From the NCBI GenBank assembly GCA_043228905.1, contig JBHGNT010000007.1:12152001-12216000 (forward strand): DNA of 64,000 bases, written 5' to 3'. Under the pieces are notes generated by a model. That model saw only the letters and a list, made by a program, of their open reading frames with translations. It was not told where the DNA came from and searched no databases. The position numbers and the translations under genes are program-made. The DNA is from Azolla caroliniana (lineage: Eukaryota; Plantae; Polypodiophyta). This document shows, in pieces, positions 37,956-50,884 of the stretch (its first letter is position 1; each line of letters starts with the position of its first letter).

Positions 37956-39510
37956 AAATTATACTGTATTGTTCGATCGACAACGACTATTGTTGACACA
38001 ATATAAGTCGAACGTTGCTCACCAAACGTTCTACCAATGAATTGTGGTTAGACGAATAGATACTAAAATGGTTGTAAACTTATCGATGTTAAATAGACAT
38101 CGAGATCGTTATTTACGTAATAAAGTTATGACAGAAAGGAAATAGATTGACAGAGCGTTTAGTACACAGAGATTTCCTAAACTAACTTTATATCACTAAA
38201 TAAAACGATAGCTCTTTACACTGCCTTCGGTTCCTTTTATAGGCAACCGGAAGGACTTTCTCATCAAGAAAACATACTACCAAAAATGGCAAGAACTATA
38301 AAATCTCTAATTAACTATAATTTCAGTTTTAATTTAATTTGGCAAAATGCTGACTCATTGATCCTCTATACCGATCCGACTCCGAAACTTCTACATTTCC
38401 GACTCCGACGCTTCCCCACTTGTCCGGGTAACAAATCTTAAATGGGAAAAACCACGAGAGCCGACGAACTCCGAACTATCCCTATGAAGAGAAGGGGTAC
38501 AATCAGAGACTCGTAGGCAATGACCTCGAGCTCGGTTTCTTCGCCAGGCAACGGTTGCAACAGAGTATGGCTCTGTATCTCTCCCCCTCTCTCTCTATCG
38601 CTCTCTCTATACAACAGTTACAACAAAAATAACAAAACAACTAAAGTGATTGCCCTAAGTCATATTTATACTTATATGAACTTAGAGCTATTTACAAATA
38701 TAGCCTCAATGGGCTTACTCAGAAACATATTTACAGATATGTCTTCTACATCCAATTCTCAAGATCCCATCCGGAGGGACCAAAATCTCAACATCGATTG
38801 AAGAAGTTGGCACATCTGATAAAGTCAGAACAAGCGGTGATGGCAACAGAGTCAAGAAGGAAAGAGCCGATCAAAACGAGAAGGCCAAGACCCGGACGTG
38901 GTCCAACGTGGTGAAGAGCCTGAAGGTTAAAGAAGAATTGGTGATAGCCAATTCTGAAGAGTTCGATTCGGAGGAGCCGAATCAACTGAAGGCCAAACGG
39001 ACAAGCAGGCAGTGGAAGTCGACACCGACGCTAAGGAACTGATGGGTCGAGATGTGCCGAAGTCACAACAGCAAAGGAAATGAGAAGGGCTTTATGAGCA
39101 AACAAGTCAACCGAGTGTCACATTCTAGACTCAAACATCTAACTTTTAACACACACAGTACATTGTGTTGTGTTAACCATATGGAAACTCTTGTGAACTA
39201 TCCACACTTGATTGTGAACTTGTATATATATTGTAGAGTCTAGTGTATAGTACATTCAAGAATATTCTAGTATATTCTAGTCGTTTGTATATTCTAGAAT
39301 TAAACGGGTATATTCTCGAGATATTTCTCGAGTATATTCTAGAGATATCAATCTCGGAAATTGTATAAATACTTGTAACATCCTAGTCCCTTTCAAGGAA
39401 TTCAACACCAGTCATTCACACATCAATCTAGTGTTCTTGTTTCTCCCCATCTTGTCTCCTTGATCTTTATCATTGTCTTAATTTTCTTGTGTCATTCCTA
39501 GTGTCTTGAG

Positions 39511-42500
39511 TGAAGCATAAGAGTATGCGGAAACGTATGAGGATCTGTCTTGGTTCGTACTCAGAAAACAACACAGAAAGAGGAGCAAAGATATACACAG
39601 ATTGAAGCTTTAATGGAAGCTCTATTACATTCTCTATCTTACTCTCTCAGAGACTCGATATATAATGTATGGTCAAGAAGATTATTCTTTACAACGTTAG
39701 GTTATTGCTTATATACTAAGCCCTAACTATGTGGACGAGTTCACACTAGGATACAAAGTGGAGGGAGACGGCCTTTTATGCCAACAAACTCCCCCGTAAA
39801 AGGACTAATCTTTCCTACATGTACGTGTGTTTGGGGTTGTCTCCCCCGTAAACTTAGATTACAATACTAATCTAGATTTATGTTACAAGTCGGCCGGCAT
39901 ATGGTCGAGTCGACATAGGTGACATCCGTGTCCAGCCTAGCATGGCTCATTATCATGATTGATTTGGTCAACTCTTACCTTCTGCTCCTCGTTCGACTTT
40001 CTTCTGCTCAGTTGCTTGTCGTAGTCCCATCTTTGTCCTTAGTGCTCCGAAGCGTTGATTGGGAGTGGCTTTGTTAGGCAATCAGCGATGTTCACCTCAG
40101 TGTCGATCTTCCAGACTTCAAGCATCTTCTCGGTTGTGAGGTCCCAGATGTGATGATACCGCACCTCAATATGCTTCATCTTTGCGTGATAGACGGGATT
40201 GTTGATGAGGTGTATTGTGCTCTATGAGTCACAATAGATGGTTGACGCAGATCGGTCGGTTTGGCTTATAGTTGAGAAGTCGGCAGATAGTTGACCCAGC
40301 TAGATCGCTTCCATCGCTGCCTCTGATGCTGCTATGTACTCGGCTTTTGTGATCGACAGAGCTGTGCACTCTTCAAGTTTCGACCTCCATGATATCTCAC
40401 CGCCACCATAGGTGAAGATGTAACCTGATGTCGATTTCTGATTGTCCGTATTCCCGACATAGTCGAAATCGGTGTAGCCTTCGATTGTAGCTGAGGTTGT
40501 CAATCTGAAAGTCAGATGTGTATCTACAGTCCCTCTCAGATACCTGAAGATGTGCTTGACGGCCTCCCAATGGTTCCCTATTGGGTTTGACATGTAGCGG
40601 CTGACCACTCCTACGACATAGGCTAGGTCGGGTTGGGTCGCCACCATTGCGTACATGATACTTCCTATGGCCGATGTGTAGGGCATCTTTCCATTAAGCT
40701 CTCTCTCCTTTTCCGTTGAAGGAGAGTCTTTGTCCAATAGTCGGATCGACGTCGGAAACGTTGTTGGTGTTGGCTTCGCATTCTCCATATTGAAGCGCTT
40801 TCAGCACCTTTCGGATATAATCAGACTAGGAGAGTCAGAGAGTCTTGGTCATCCAATTTCTCTCAATCCTCATGCCCAGTATGTGACGGGCTTGTCTGAG
40901 TTCCTTCATCGCGAACTTGTCGTGAAGGCTCTACTTCAGCTTTCCGATCTCTGCTTGATTGCTTCCTGCAATCAGCATGTTGTTGATGTATAGGATCAAA
41001 TAAATCCTAGACTCATCGGCCAGTTGTCGAATATACGTGCATGGGTCGGAGTCAGCTCAGCGGTATCCAAACTGCCTGATGTAGGAATCAAACTTCTGGT
41101 ACCACATCCTTGACGCTTGTTTCAAGCCTTATAGACTTTTCTTTAACCAACATACAAGGTGATTGTCCGCTCCCGTCGTCGTGAAGCCTGCCAATAGAGA
41201 CATGTAGATGTCTTCTTCCAGATCTCTGTGTAGGAATGTCATCTTTACTTCCAGCTTCTCTAGCTCTAGGATTTCTATCGCCACAACTCCTAGTAAGAGT
41301 TGGAGGGTGGTGATCTTGACTACTGGTGAGAATATCTCGTCATAGTCGACCCCGTATTCTTGTTTGAATCCCTTCCTGACGAGCCGAGCTTTGTACTTGG
41401 GTTTTTCTAAGTCGGATACATATTTGTATTGGAAAACCCATTTGCAAGGTAGCGGCTTCCTTCCAGCTGGTAGTTCAACTAGCTCCCATGTTTGATTCTT
41501 GTAAATCGATTTCATTTCAGATGTCATGGCTTGTAGCCATGTGTCGGCGTCAGTGTAGTTGACATAGTCGAGGCCTGGTTGAAAGAACTATGTTGGCCTT
41601 CGAGCTCATCCAGATCTCCTGGTTGCTGAGATAAGTGGTTCGGATTCTTCGATCAACCCGGTTGGGCGATCGGTATTTGTTGAACCATTTGTGTCAAGAG
41701 TCTTGTTAGGTGACCCGCTCCCATGTCGGGATTTCGGTGGTGTCACATTGTCCTCCCCTAGGGACTTTGTTGACTCGGTTCTGTTTCCTATTCACATCTT
41801 GTTGACTTTGCTTGCTTCAACTCTTGTTGAGTCTACTCTATCATTGATGACTTTGTCTTCGAGTTCAACTAATTCGACTAGTCCGACAACATGGAGTCGG
41901 CAGGTATGTTGTCGGCTTGTTCGAGTTCGACTGTTTGTCGAATCTATAAGTTGGCCCAGTGGGTCAGTCCTTCTACGACGTCTCTGTTGTCTTGGAAGGA
42001 TACCTTTTTACCAACTATTTTCTGCTGGTTCCGATGAGAGAAGATAGAGTCTTCATTGAAGACTACATCACTGCTCCGGATCAGTGTCCAGTTCTCAGGG
42101 TCCCATAGCCTGTAGCCGAATTCCCCATCGGTTCCATAACCGAGAATTATGCCTTTCGTTGCATCGGTTGCCAATTTTGTCCTTTTAACCCTGGGGATGA
42201 ACACATAGGCTTCGCATCCAAATATACGAAGCCTATCATAGGTCCTCTGTTTGCCTAACCATAGTGTCTGTGCCACTTCGAGCCTGATTGCTCTTGACGG
42301 CGCCAGATTTATCAGGTATACTACCATCTGCAATGCTTCTGCTCAAAATTCCAGCTTCAGTCCGGCTTGTTGAAGCATTGTCGTCACCCTCTCCTATATC
42401 ATTCTGTTGATCCGTTCTGCCACCCCATTTTTCATGGGTGTGTAGGGAACGGTCTTTTGATATCGGATCCCTTTGTTGGACAGGTACTGTTTAAAGGCTC

Positions 42501-44527
42501 TAGAGGTGTACTCACCTTCATTGTCGGATCTAAGTGTCTTCACTCTGTGTCCCGACCGGTTCTCCACTTCAAATATCCACCGGGAGCCTCCTAGTGATCA
42601 CTCTGGCATGGGCCCACATATATCTGTGTGCACGAGCTCTAGGGGTTGTCGTATCGTCTCGTAGTGGAGAGTGTGCGGACTTTGGGTCTGTTTCCCGTAT
42701 TGACAATGCTCGCGGAAGTCTGTCTTCGCTTGGAGTTTTGGGATGTCGCCTACCACCATCAGTCGATCAAGTCCGGCTTGAGACATGTGACCAAGTCGGC
42801 CATTCCATAAGTTTGGGTTGGTCTTTTCGGCTAAGTTCACGGCCCCTTCTGGATTGATCACCATTAATGCGTACAGGTTGTTGTACTTGTGCCCGCATCC
42901 TAACATCAGGTTTCCTCGGTTGATCATCCATACTGACTCACTTAGAGTCGTTTTGTACCCGTCTTCGGCTAGCATGCCGATGGAGACCAGACTCCTTTTC
43001 AGATCAAGTACATGTTGAACTCGGTGCATGGTTTATTGTGTTGCCATTTTGCAATTGGATGGGAACCTCTCCGGTCCCTGCAATTCTGCACTCTTGCCCG
43101 TTGCCTAGACGGACTGTGCCGCTTGTGTCGGTTGAATAGTCCGAAAACCATTCAAGGTTGGGGGTCACATGGAATGTGGCACCGGAATCCAGTAGCCACA
43201 TGTGTGCATCCTTTGCACTGTAGAGGACTTCTCCAATCACTGAATCCTCTAAGGAGAGAACTTCTCCTGATTGGGAATCGGCAACGTTGATTTGGTTGCC
43301 GACTGGAGAGTGGTCTGAGTCGGGTCGTCCTCGATCCCACTCGGATTGCTGACCACTCTCTTCCCTCTTGATTGACCAACAGTCGGAAACATTGTGGCCA
43401 GCTTTTCTGTAGTGTGTAGAATTCGCCTGATTGGCCTGTTCTTGACTTCGACCGCTATCGGTCTCCCCTTATTTTTGATTAGTTGGTATTCCGACCGGTT
43501 TTGTCAGCTTGTTCTCTCGTACGACTCTGTAGGTCGAACGAATCGGTCGAGTGATGGGCTTCTACTGATTCATCGATGGTAAGTCCCATCGATTTTCATC
43601 GAATGTCCTCGGTGAGGACTTGACCGATCGTCTCATCCAGATTTAGGATCGGTCGACTATTGGCGTATGTCGTATAGAATACCTCCCAACTCATCGGCAA
43701 GCTTGATAGGAGGGCAAGGGCTTTCACTTCTTCTTTGAAGTTGATCCCTTGTGAGGAGAGTTCTGACAACACCCGGTTGAAGGTGTTGATGTGGGAGGTA
43801 GTCGGATCGGTCTCTCTCGTCTTCATGTTGAACAATTGTTTGATCAAAATCAGTTTTGAAGATGAGGATTTTTTCTCGTACACGACTTGTAGTTTCTCCC
43901 ATAGTGAGAACGTTGTCGTCTCTTTTGTCATGCTGAAGTAGACATTTTCGGCTAGGTGCATTCGAATGGTGGAACGTGCGATTTTGTCCGTTAATCTCCA
44001 CTCATCGGCTGACATTGAAGTAGGCTTTTCGGAGTGTCGAATGGCCTCGACCTATCTTCGAATAATCATTACATCCTATATCATCTCCTTCCATAGGGCA
44101 AAGTTTTTGCCATCGAATTGTTGGATCTCAACTCCTGTACCGGATGTTGATCCCATGATTCTTTCGGAAGTGAGATTTACTAACCTGGTCTTTTCTTTCA
44201 GCCTTTTCTGTCATCTGTTGCGGCCGAGTAGCAAATCACTCTGATAGCAGTTGAAGCGTAAGTGTATGCGGAAACGTATGAGGATCTGTCTTGGTTCGTA
44301 CTCAAAAAACAACACAGAAAGAGGAGCAAAGATATACACAGATTGAAGCTTTAATGGAAGCTCTATTACGTGCTCTGTCTTATTCTCTCAGAGACTTTAT
44401 ATACAATGTATGGTCAAGAAGATTATTCTTTACAACGTTAGGTTATTGCTTATATATTAAGCCCTAACTATGTGGACGAGTTCACACTAGGATACAAAGT
44501 GGAGGACGTCGGCCTTTTATGCCAACA
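39511..44527 (-). mobile_element. Element H: full-length degenerate Copia inserted in the 5' LTR of G
   Basis: 276-bp LTRs (39511-39786 and 44252-44527, roughly 95% identical); TSD TTGAG; degenerate PBS TGCTATCAGAGT; PPT ACGGGGGAG. Confidence 0.93.
40010..44156 (-). pseudogene. gag-pol of Copia H
   Basis: WLLDSGATFH, VHTDICGP, YKARLVRKGF and ITKAEYIA; multiple stops and frameshifts. Confidence 0.9.
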
Positions 44528-46584
44528 TTGAGTTCCACGATTGTAGCCCCATCGTCCGTGCTTTATTCCAATTCGCACTTGGTGTGTCCGTGACAGTTTG
44601 AATCCCTTCCAATTGGAAGCACCCTCCGTCTTCATCATCGCCTTTGCTTCCAACTGGAAGCACCACTATCGGGAAGGCCATGATGCCGGCATACTTCACG
44701 CATGACAGTTTCAGTAGTTTCCTCACAGGAGATTTCCTTACCACATGGCAAGAAATGGGCCATCCTCGTATATCGATCTACTACTGTTAAGATCGCATCG
44801 AATCCCTTAGAGACCGGAAGATCTGTGATAAAATCTAGAGCAGTGGACTGCCACGGCTTGCTTGGAAGTGGTAATGGTTCTAATAAACCATATGGATGAT
44901 GCCTTGGCATTTTTGCTCTGCAACATGTATCACAAGTCCAAACAAAATCTTCGACAAATTGTCAAATATGGGGCCACCAGAATGATCGGTGTACTAAATC
45001 TAATGTTTTAGTACTACCAAAATGCCTATTTGTATATGTGTCATGACAGTTTTGGACTACTCGAAGGCGACAAGAACCATTAGGAACATACAAGATTTTC
45101 TTAAAGAATAGTAATCCATCATCATGATGACATTTGAATTGTCGATAGTCCGTACTTGGTTGTTGCGACGACTGTGAACAAGATGCTCGAGAGGGATCAA
45201 TTTGTTCTAGAATGTCTCGGGCGAAAGCATCTATCTTCAAGTCCTCACGTATGGTATTGATAACATGGGAATCCAAGGGCATACCCAAGACCTGCATTGC
45301 TTGCAGTCGTGTTGGTCCTAGGATTACTTGCTTTTGGTTATCAAAAGCTGGCTCGCCACGACGGGGTGCTAGATACGAGCGCCTTGATAATGCATCCGCC
45401 TTCCCTTGTTGCTTCCCAGGATGAGATGTAATTTTGAAGTCAAAACAAGTGAGGAATTGGAGCACACTGAGCTTGACATCAATTTAACACACGAGCATTC
45501 TGAAAGTAGGCAAGGTTTTTGTGATCACTAAATACAGTGACTTGATGAGAATATCCCTCTAGAAAATGCCTCCACAACATAAAAGAGTCCACTATTGCTA
45601 ATAACTCCTTATCATGAATTTCATAGTTGATTTCGGCGGCATCAAACTTGCGTGAGTGAAAAACCACAGGATGGAGCTTTTCATCATTGCCTTGTTGTGA
45701 CAGAATGCTACCCACCGCAAAATCCGACGCGTCTGCTTTGATGATGAATGGTTTTTTCGGATCAACATGAGCCAGAATAGGAGTTGATGTAAATGCCTTC
45801 TTAAGACCCTCAAAAGCCATGTCTGCTTCTTCAGACCAAACGAACGATTGTCCCTTCCTGGTGAGTTGTGTGAGAGGCAAAACAAGCTTTGAGTAATCCT
45901 GTATAAATTTGTAGTAGAAATTGGCAAAGCCTAAAAAGCATTGCACATCTCGCAACAAACGCGGATTTTGCCACTCTACCACCGTTTTGACCTTAGGTGA
46001 ATCCATGGAGATGCCTTCCAAGGAAATAACATAGCCCAGAAATTCTACATGGTTGAACTCAAATCTACATTTTTCTAGCTTTGCATAAAGACCATGTTCT
46101 CGAAGTCGTTTTAGTATTAACAATACATGAGAATCATGCTCTTCTTGGGTCTTCGAATAAACCAGTAGTTCATCCAAATAGATGATCAAACAAACATCCA
46201 AGAGATCTCGGAATAGATCATTTGACATGTGTTGGAAGACTGCTACATTAGTGAGGCCGAATGGCATGACCGTATACTCGAAGTGCCCATATCTAGTGTG
46301 AAACGCGGTCTTCCATTTATCTCCTGGTCGGATCCATACGAGGTTATATGCCCCTCGTAAGTGGATCTTTGTGAAGAACCTTGCACCATTAATCCGTTCT
46401 AAAAGACTTAAGATAAGGGGAAGTGTGTACCTATCCCTTATGGTGACCTTATTCAAGCTGTAAACTACGACAAGACGAAGTGATCCATCCTTTTTCTTGA
46501 CGAAGAAAATGGGTGCGCCGGCTGGAGATTACAAATTCTCCTCTATATAGGCTCGTAGGACTTCTAGCTCGGTTGGTGACAAAT

Positions 46585-46870
46585 ACACAACTCTGATCAT
46601 ATGGGTGGTGGCAGATCTTACAATGTAGTTGGCATTCTAAATTGCCACTTGTAGCAGAGGACTTCATTTGGAGAGTTCGGATTGGTGGATTCGCCTCTGG
46701 GATTAGCTCTAAAGCGTCGTGGACTAGGAATCGGGTAAATTGCTTCTTTTGCACTGTTCAAATGGGAGATAGTAGTACACATCGATTTATACAATGTCCG
46801 ATTGCTTGTCAAATTTGGAGTTACATTTCTCAAATTTGGCAAGTTTTATCACGATTGTTATTTGATACCT
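46585..46870 (+). pseudogene. LINE (L1-type) 3' fragment with zf-RVT-like motif
   Basis: CFFC..DSSTHRFIQCPIACQIW resembles the C-terminal cysteine motif of plant L1 ORF2. Confidence 0.55.
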
Positions 46871-46893
46871 AGAAGATAGTTGGTGTTTTGAAC

Positions 46894-47194
46894 TGTTGAG
46901 CGGCAAGCTCAACCGGAGCCGGTAAGCGAGACGGATCGGGCGAAACGGATCGGTATGACGGTGAGCAACCGAACCGGCAAGCAGTGGAAGCCGGGTGCAA
47001 TCCGTAACCGGCAGTCCAATCGGAAGCCTAGTATAGGATAGACTACTAGGTAGTTATAGTCTCGTAGTAAGTGTCAGATGCTCGTGTGAGCATTGAAGTA
47101 CATGGTACTTCTGTCAGTCCCAAGAGGACTTGTATTAATAGTGCTACTTAGCACAGTGTGTAGTTAGCGAGACTCGATATAATTTTGAAACTGT

Positions 47195-47258
<64 letters not shown>

Positions 47259-48132
47259 GTTCTCTGTTTTACGCTTCCGCAAACACTTACGTTTACATGG
47301 TATCAGAGCGCGAGGGTTGAGAACCTCTGTTGCAGACATTTGCTCTTGAGAAGAAAACCCTAACAGGTCGAAAACAGACACAGTAGAAGACATGGATAGA
47401 GGCATGGCTACGTCACTCCCGGTGGAGAAGCTCGACAGGAGCAACTACGCATCCTGGTCTTACAAGATGCACCAGTACCTGCTTGGACACGGGTATTGGA
47501 GTTATGTCGAAGGAGCGAATGATGCGGCGCCAGACTCGGCACACAAGGACTTCCCGGTATGGGAACAGGCGGCAAGCAGAGTGATGTACTGCTTCGCGTC
47601 CAGTGTCGGCGATCAGCTGCTCAGCCACATCCGTGACGCCAAGACACCGAAGGATGCTTGGGGGAACCTGAAAAAGGTTTTCGCCGCAAGCACCACTGCT
47701 CGGAAGCTGCAACTCAGACAGGAGTTGAGCAATGTTCGACAGAAGAACATGTCCGTGGCAGACTACACGGGCCGGATAAAGGAGATCTGTGACTCGCTCG
47801 CCTCTATCAATGTTACCGTAGAGGAAGACGAGATGGTGCAGGTATGTCTCGGAGGCCTGGCGTCCAAGTTCGGAGCGTTCCGGACTTCGGTGTGTACAAG
47901 GGAGAATACCCCCTCATTCTTCGACTTACAGTCGATGCTCCTTGTAGAGGAGAACCACGCCGGTGCATCTAACAGTGCATCCCCGGACAGCCGAATGCTG
48001 TACACGAGAACGGATCGGCTCCGTGGGCGTGGTGGAAGAGGTGGGTCGGCACGCAATGGAGGCGGCCGGCAAGAGCAGGAACGGTGACACTATGAGCGTG
48101 CCAACAGCAGTTCCGGGACTTCCACAAGCAGG
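46894..48132 (+). mobile_element. Element J: 5' fragment of an E-related Copia (LTR 46894-47297, PBS 47298-47309, gag from 47392)
   Basis: TGTTGAG...TTACA followed by TGGTATCAGAGC; open 231-aa gag; cut at 48132. Confidence 0.88.
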
Positions 48133-50522
48133 ATAGGCTCGTAGGACTTCTAGCTCAGTTGGTGACAAATTGTAGATCGGTCCCCATGGTTGCTCTTTTC
48201 CCGGTTGTAAATCGATGGGGCAATCATACGGTCGATGGTGAGGAAGCGTATTGGCTTGTACTTTATCGAACACATCGGCATAATGACGATACTTTTCTGG
48301 AAGTTGAACGGTGGACTCCTCTTCAGTGGTGTTAGAGGGTTTTACTGATCCTACGAAGAGAAACATTTCTTCCTTGCATCCTTCCTCACATAATTGATGT
48401 AGCGAAATGATTGCAATCTTATGAGTAGATCCTCGGGTTTGTCGATACCGGATTTCTTTTGTTCTCCAATCTATGTCTGGGTTATGTAATTCGAACCATG
48501 GTAATCCCAAAACAATGGGATGTTCTGGGATACTAATTATATTAAAGGATACAACACAGGCTAAATTATCTAGGACAATATTAATGGGCTCTAACTCTTC
48601 TATGATATTTTCGGAAGCAATGGGATGATCATCAATGACTACTATAGAGGTTGGACACGGGAGTTTTCTTAAGGATATCTGATGAGCTTGGGCAAAATTC
48701 CTATCCATAAAGCAAGAATTAGCTCTAGAATCTAGGAGTGCTGAGACATGTACTAGAGAGGTACTTTTAGTACTAACGGTTACTTGGGCTAAGAACACAT
48801 TGTTAACTTGCTTAGAGGGAATGGAACCACTAATGGGTTCCACAGATCTAGGGTTGTCCAACCAAACAGCTCCTATTTTGGCTGGACTTAGTCGTTTAAC
48901 TCTTCTTCTAACTAACTAAGGACATCAAATTTGTTCGATACATTTGGGCTATTAGTACTATTAGGACTATCAGATATTCCACTGAAAAAGACTCGGGTTT
49001 AGTACAATTTGAACTAGCAACTATTTGGTTCACCTGTCTTCTTGGTCTATGGGGACAGTTCACTACAATATGCCCTGGTCCACCACAATAAAGACATAGT
49101 TGATTTGTTCGGCGTCGCTGCTTTTCTTCTTCCGATAATGGTCCGCGACGACGTGTAGTGTCAATTTCCATCGGAGTTGGAGTATTCACTGGAGATGCAT
49201 TATATGACTCCCTTGGAAAAGGTTTTGCTACCACTGAGGCGTAGGTGGGCTCTAATCTTGCCCTTGGCATCTGGAACTGACATTCCGAACGTCGTTCGAA
49301 AAGACGATTGTCGCATCTCATCACACAACTGATTGCTTCTGTCAATGACTTTGGTTCTTCGGGGAAGGTCAAGAGCAAATCCTTGACATCATTACGTAGA
49401 CCATAACGAAATTGCTCCATAAGTGCTTGGTCATCCCAGGTGATATCAGAGCTGAGTAGGCGGAAATCTGCAGCGTATGCAAAGGCTGGACGACCACCTT
49501 GACGTAATCATCGGATTTTGTTGATTGTTGTCCTTATGTTGTCAGTATCTCCAAAACATAAGGACATTAAAAACTCTTCAAAATTGTTTAGTAAAGGAGA
49601 TTCCTTTTCTAACAACATAGCGAACCATGCCAAAGTTGAGCCACTTAACAACGTGCCTACTAAACCCACTCGTGATGCATCAGTGGGATATTGGGAAGGA
49701 TGCATTTGAATGACTAATCGTACCTGATTAAGGAATCCTCTAAACTGCGATCGCGTTCCATCAAATTTCATGGGAAGGCCGATCTTGGGTTCTTTATGAA
49801 CCCCTTGCATATTGGGTTCTTGTTGTTCCATTGCTGCTATGGTTGCTTCGAGCTGTTGCACGTGTAACGCTAGTTCCCCGTGTTATTGTTGTGTCTGCTG
49901 CTTCTCTAAGGAGATTTGTTGAAGCTCCCCCAACAGTCGTTGATTTTCTTGTTCCAATGCGAGAAACTTCTCTTTCAAGCATTGCAACTCCGAAAAAATG
50001 GATTGATATTCTTGAGCGCTAACAGTGGCCATAGTATGAGAGAAAAGAGGAATAAGAGATTAGTATGAAGGGAGGGAGAAGTAAGAAGATAAAGGAAGAG
50101 AAGGAAGGAGACGAAAATCGGTTCAAACTGTCAGGAGCAGTACTAGGACAGAGAAGTATTGTCAGGAACAGTACTAAGACAGAGAAGGAATTAGTACTAA
50201 AAGATGAGGATTAGTACTAAGGGAGGTGTAAAACTCTCAAGAGAAGGAAAGAGTGAGTGAGTGAGTGAAATCGAGAGAGAGAGAGAGAGAGAGAATGATG
50301 ATAACAAAATATATATATTATGTTAAGAGAATATACAATAGTAGTTAAGAGGCTTAAGACTGGCGTTCAACCAATTTGGTTCGAAATAATGCCTTGTGCC
50401 TCCTTTTATAGTGTTCTCAGGAGTACTCCTGAAGTTTCTAGAATGTTCCAGAGAAATCTGGAATATACATCAAGTTTCTATAGTAAAACTTAAATGAAAA
50501 TAATATCTTTCATATTATAACA

Positions 50523-50590
50523 TATAGTCTAATGGTCAAGAGCTCGACCCATGTAACATAAGGTCATGGGTTTGAGTCTTGCCATATCAT
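50523..50590 (+). other. Degenerate tRNA-like sequence (Pol III A/B boxes), possibly a SINE head
   Basis: A box TAGTCTAATGG (50525-50535) and B box GGTTTGAGTC (50569-50578) at tRNA-like spacing. Confidence 0.45.
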
Positions 50591-50884
50591 GGTAGTCACA
50601 ACTGCTCACATTTTGAGTGGGGATCAGATCATTGCTCACTTGCACTGCATTTTCGTTATAGTTCAAGTCTCGCTCCACTTTCTATTGGCGAGAACCGATT
50701 TCGATCGCTCACCTTCTAGTTTCGGTGGGGGTCACAACCGCTCACTTTCCGGGTGGGGATCGCATGGGTTTCTCGCTAGCACTACCATTTGTGTCGTGTC
50801 TTGGGTCAACCTCAACTATTTACCCTCTCATAATAGAAGAAGTCGAGTCGATCGTTTCACTTGCACTCCTTCGCCCGTTGTTGT

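Larger units (their letters stand above)
24092..38433 (-). mobile_element. Element B: full-length degenerate Athila-like Ty3/Gypsy inserted in the 5' LTR of F
   Basis: LTRs at 24092-24531 and 37967-38433; outer termini TGTTG/TAACA; TSD AACCC/AATCT. The F LTR sequence GGAAAACCC|TAAATGGG rejoins across it. Confidence 0.9.
22104..38793 (-). mobile_element. Element F: internally deleted Tnt1/Tork-like Copia inserted in E
   Basis: TSD TCGAT (22099-22103 and 38794-38798). The 5' LTR (23973-24091 plus 38439-38793) is split by B. PBS at 23958-23969. A partial 3' LTR (22104 to ~22375) is fused directly to integrase. Confidence 0.9.
44665..50522 (-). mobile_element. Element I: Tcn1-like chromoviral Ty3/Gypsy, 3'-truncated in integrase; 5' LTR 50129-50522
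   Basis: Gag KFDGTRSQFRGFL..PTPMEID..CLYCGGPGH; protease ALLDS; RT LRGAYNL, KTAFHTRYGHFEY; RNase H ADASD, YEIHDKELLAI; integrase PWQSTALDFITDLP. Confidence 0.88.

Noticed and set aside
38397-38433. The 5' LTR of B has ~37 bp at its outer end that the 3' LTR lacks, suggesting asymmetric LTRs
   Set aside because: The extra sequence resembles the start of element A's LTR and is bounded by (A)TGT microhomology, so a later deletion in the 3' LTR is the simpler explanation.
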